From Microcoleus sp. (GTDB taxonomy: Bacteria; Cyanobacteriota; Cyanobacteriia; Cyanobacteriales; Microcoleaceae), in contig CP181291.1 of the NCBI GenBank assembly GCA_052279835.1, positions 1,184,001 through 1,248,000 on the forward strand: a stretch of DNA of 64,000 nucleotides, given 5' to 3'. The first letter of the stretch is position 1. Every line of letters begins with the position of its first letter. Below are positions 62,406 through 64,000 of the stretch, piece after piece. Below the pieces are notes generated by a model, which ran no database searches, was not told where the DNA came from, and saw nothing but the letters and a program-made list of their open reading frames with translations. The translations under genes and the position numbers were made by a program.

Positions 62406-62717
62406 ACTTTTCAATAGCTCTATTTTTTACGGTTTTAGACGCGAATTATCGCCTTTTGTACAATAAAATCATTGGCGATTCGCTTTGGCGAAACAGGTAC
62501 ATTAGCAGTCTGCTTGTAGATTTTAGATGGGAGTTTTAAATAGGACTTAGACCCTGGATTTATGAAACCCGGATTCTTCTATATCAGGTCGTAAAATCAA
62601 CGATTTTTTCTAGAAACCGGGTTTCTCTGCGTCAGTCTTAATCATAGTAAACATCCCAGCAGAAATCTACAATCAAACAGCCAAGATCAATCAATCTATT
62701 TCAGGGAAAGGCAACAT

Positions 62718-63545
62718 ATGAGCGTTCGGGAAACTCAATTAAGGCTAGAATTGGCAAAGGTTCAGCAACTTTATCGCAAAATGCAGGCAGATAAAAAAGC
62801 TTTGCAGCAGCAATTGAAAGAGTTCAAAACTCTGAGTGGCAATTTTTCTGATGTAGTTGAGCAAGTTTTGCCGTCTGTAGTTTCAGTTTATGTGATGGAT
62901 TGGGATACGGGAGAAGAAATTTCTTCCGGTAGTGGTTTTTTTGTAACGCCGGACACGATTGTGACTAACTATCACGTTGTGGAAGATATTGCTGATGAGG
63001 ATTATTTCTATGAGGAAGATGAAGTCGAACAGGTTTTAGTGGAAACTAATGACGGCAAGTTGAGAATGGCTGAGGTGATATTTACTGGTAATGCAGAAGA
63101 GGATTTAGCCTTGCTGTTGATTACTGGTTTTGTGCTCGATCCGAAGACTGGCGAACAAGTAGAATCTCCTGAAGAATATCCTCCTTTAGAGTTGTGTTTT
63201 GATGTGAAAGTGGGCGATCGAGTAATTGCTGTGGGAAATCCTTTGGGACAGTTGGCTTCTGCTGTAAGTCAGGGGATTATTAGTGGAATTCGGGAACCGG
63301 AGGAGTATGAGGAAGGTGAGGATGATGAGGATGATATGGCTGAGGTGAAGGTGTTAGAAACTGATGCGTCGATTAATCCGGGAAATTCTGGTGGCCCGTT
63401 GATTAATATGGCCGGTCAAGTGGTGGGGGTGAATACGTGGGGATTGGAAGATGCTGATAGTTTTAATTTGGCGATCGCCTCCATCGCCCTGGATGACTTT
63501 TTAGCTGGTTTTGAGGAGACTTTTGAGGATGATTCTGATGATTAG
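62718..63545 (+). CDS. Cytoplasmic trypsin-like (HtrA-type, no PDZ) serine protease, very acidic
   Basis: GSGFFV, TNYHVV (His), DLALL (Asp), INPGNSGGPL (Ser); N-terminal coiled coil, no signal peptide. Confidence 0.88.
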   Translation: MSVRETQLRLELAKVQQLYRKMQADKKALQQQLKEFKTLSGNFSDVVEQVLPSVVSVYVMDWDTGEEISSGSGFFVTPDTIVTNYHVVEDIADEDYFYEEDEVEQVLVETNDGKLRMAEVIFTGNAEEDLALLLITGFVLDPKTGEQVESPEEYPPLELCFDVKVGDRVIAVGNPLGQLASAVSQGIISGIREPEEYEEGEDDEDDMAEVKVLETDASINPGNSGGPLINMAGQVVGVNTWGLEDADSFNLAIASIALDDFLAGFEETFEDDSDD

Positions 63546-63688
63546 TTGGTAGTTATTGGTGATTTGTGAAAAGGGCGATCGCACTTTTTGTCACCCCACA
63601 TCCAGGTAGATTGGCGGGGATGGATGGAAAGGGCGATCGTTCTTTTATTTACTGGTTTCTGATTTATTGTTCGTTGATTATATAGACG

Positions 63689-64000
63689 ATGACTTCATCA
63701 AAAAAATTCTGGATTATTGCGTGTTTTGTCTACTTTGTAATTATCCTCAGCATCATGCTGGTAGCAGATTTGGGGATATTAGTCAATTTTTCTCTAGCTC
63801 ATCCGCCTTATGACAAAGTTGGACACTTTGTTTTGTATGGAATTGCCTCTTTTTTGTGTCATAGAGCGACTAGCAAGCGCATGGTCAACATTTTAAATTA
63901 TCCAATTCCCTTTGGTCCTGCAATTTTTACTGTTTTCACTGCTGCGGAAGAAATGCTACAAGCAATTTTACCCAATCGTACTGCTAGCATTGAAGATTTT
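63689..64000 (+). CDS. VanZ-like membrane protein; runs off the right window edge
   Basis: Manual translation MTSSKKFWIIACFVYF...YDKVGHFVLYG...AEEMLQAILPNRTASIEDF. Confidence 0.75.
   Translation, partial: MTSSKKFWIIACFVYFVIILSIMLVADLGILVNFSLAHPPYDKVGHFVLYGIASFLCHRATSKRMVNILNYPIPFGPAIFTVFTAAEEMLQAILPNRTASIEDF

Overview
Chromosomal window from a filamentous cyanobacterium, most likely Oscillatoriales and Microcoleus-like. This is inferred from psaC and acsF, very dense HIP1 GCGATCGC sites, heptamer STRR arrays and several dispersed palindromic repeat families. Roughly 1-43 kb is mostly housekeeping: liv-type ABC ATPases, cobN, queA, rpmF, acsF, fabF-acpP, HdrB-like gene, psaC, glmS, cdsA, cbiT, uvrA, queE and a P-type ATPase. 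Short repeats are scattered through it, some inserted in frame inside genes, and there is one IS5-family remnant. From about 43 to 63.5 kb the window is accessory and conflict-like. The best candidate for an undescribed system lies at 48.2-57.4 kb: a membrane-anchored vWA protein, a glycine-rich TM/coiled-coil protein, a sigma-70-like factor coupled to a DUF1822 protein, and a TPR-CHAT caspase-like protease. Two sequence signals link these genes. (i) The same bipartite motif TGCATAA-N14/15-GCGA(C/T)A lies 30-38 nt upstream of four of the start codons. (ii) The DUF1822 protein and the protease linker share a 13-aa peptide (EGGKALAGIGSSS / EGNKGLAGVGSSS) written with different codons. Together these suggest a CRISPR-independent protease / anti-sigma / sigma circuit with its own regulon. 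A T4-like Rnl1 + Pnkp RNA-repair operon converges on it, near PIN, RelE-like and Panacea toxin-antitoxin modules. No rRNA, tRNA or CRISPR array was recognised. All family assignments come from motif recognition by eye, not database searches.
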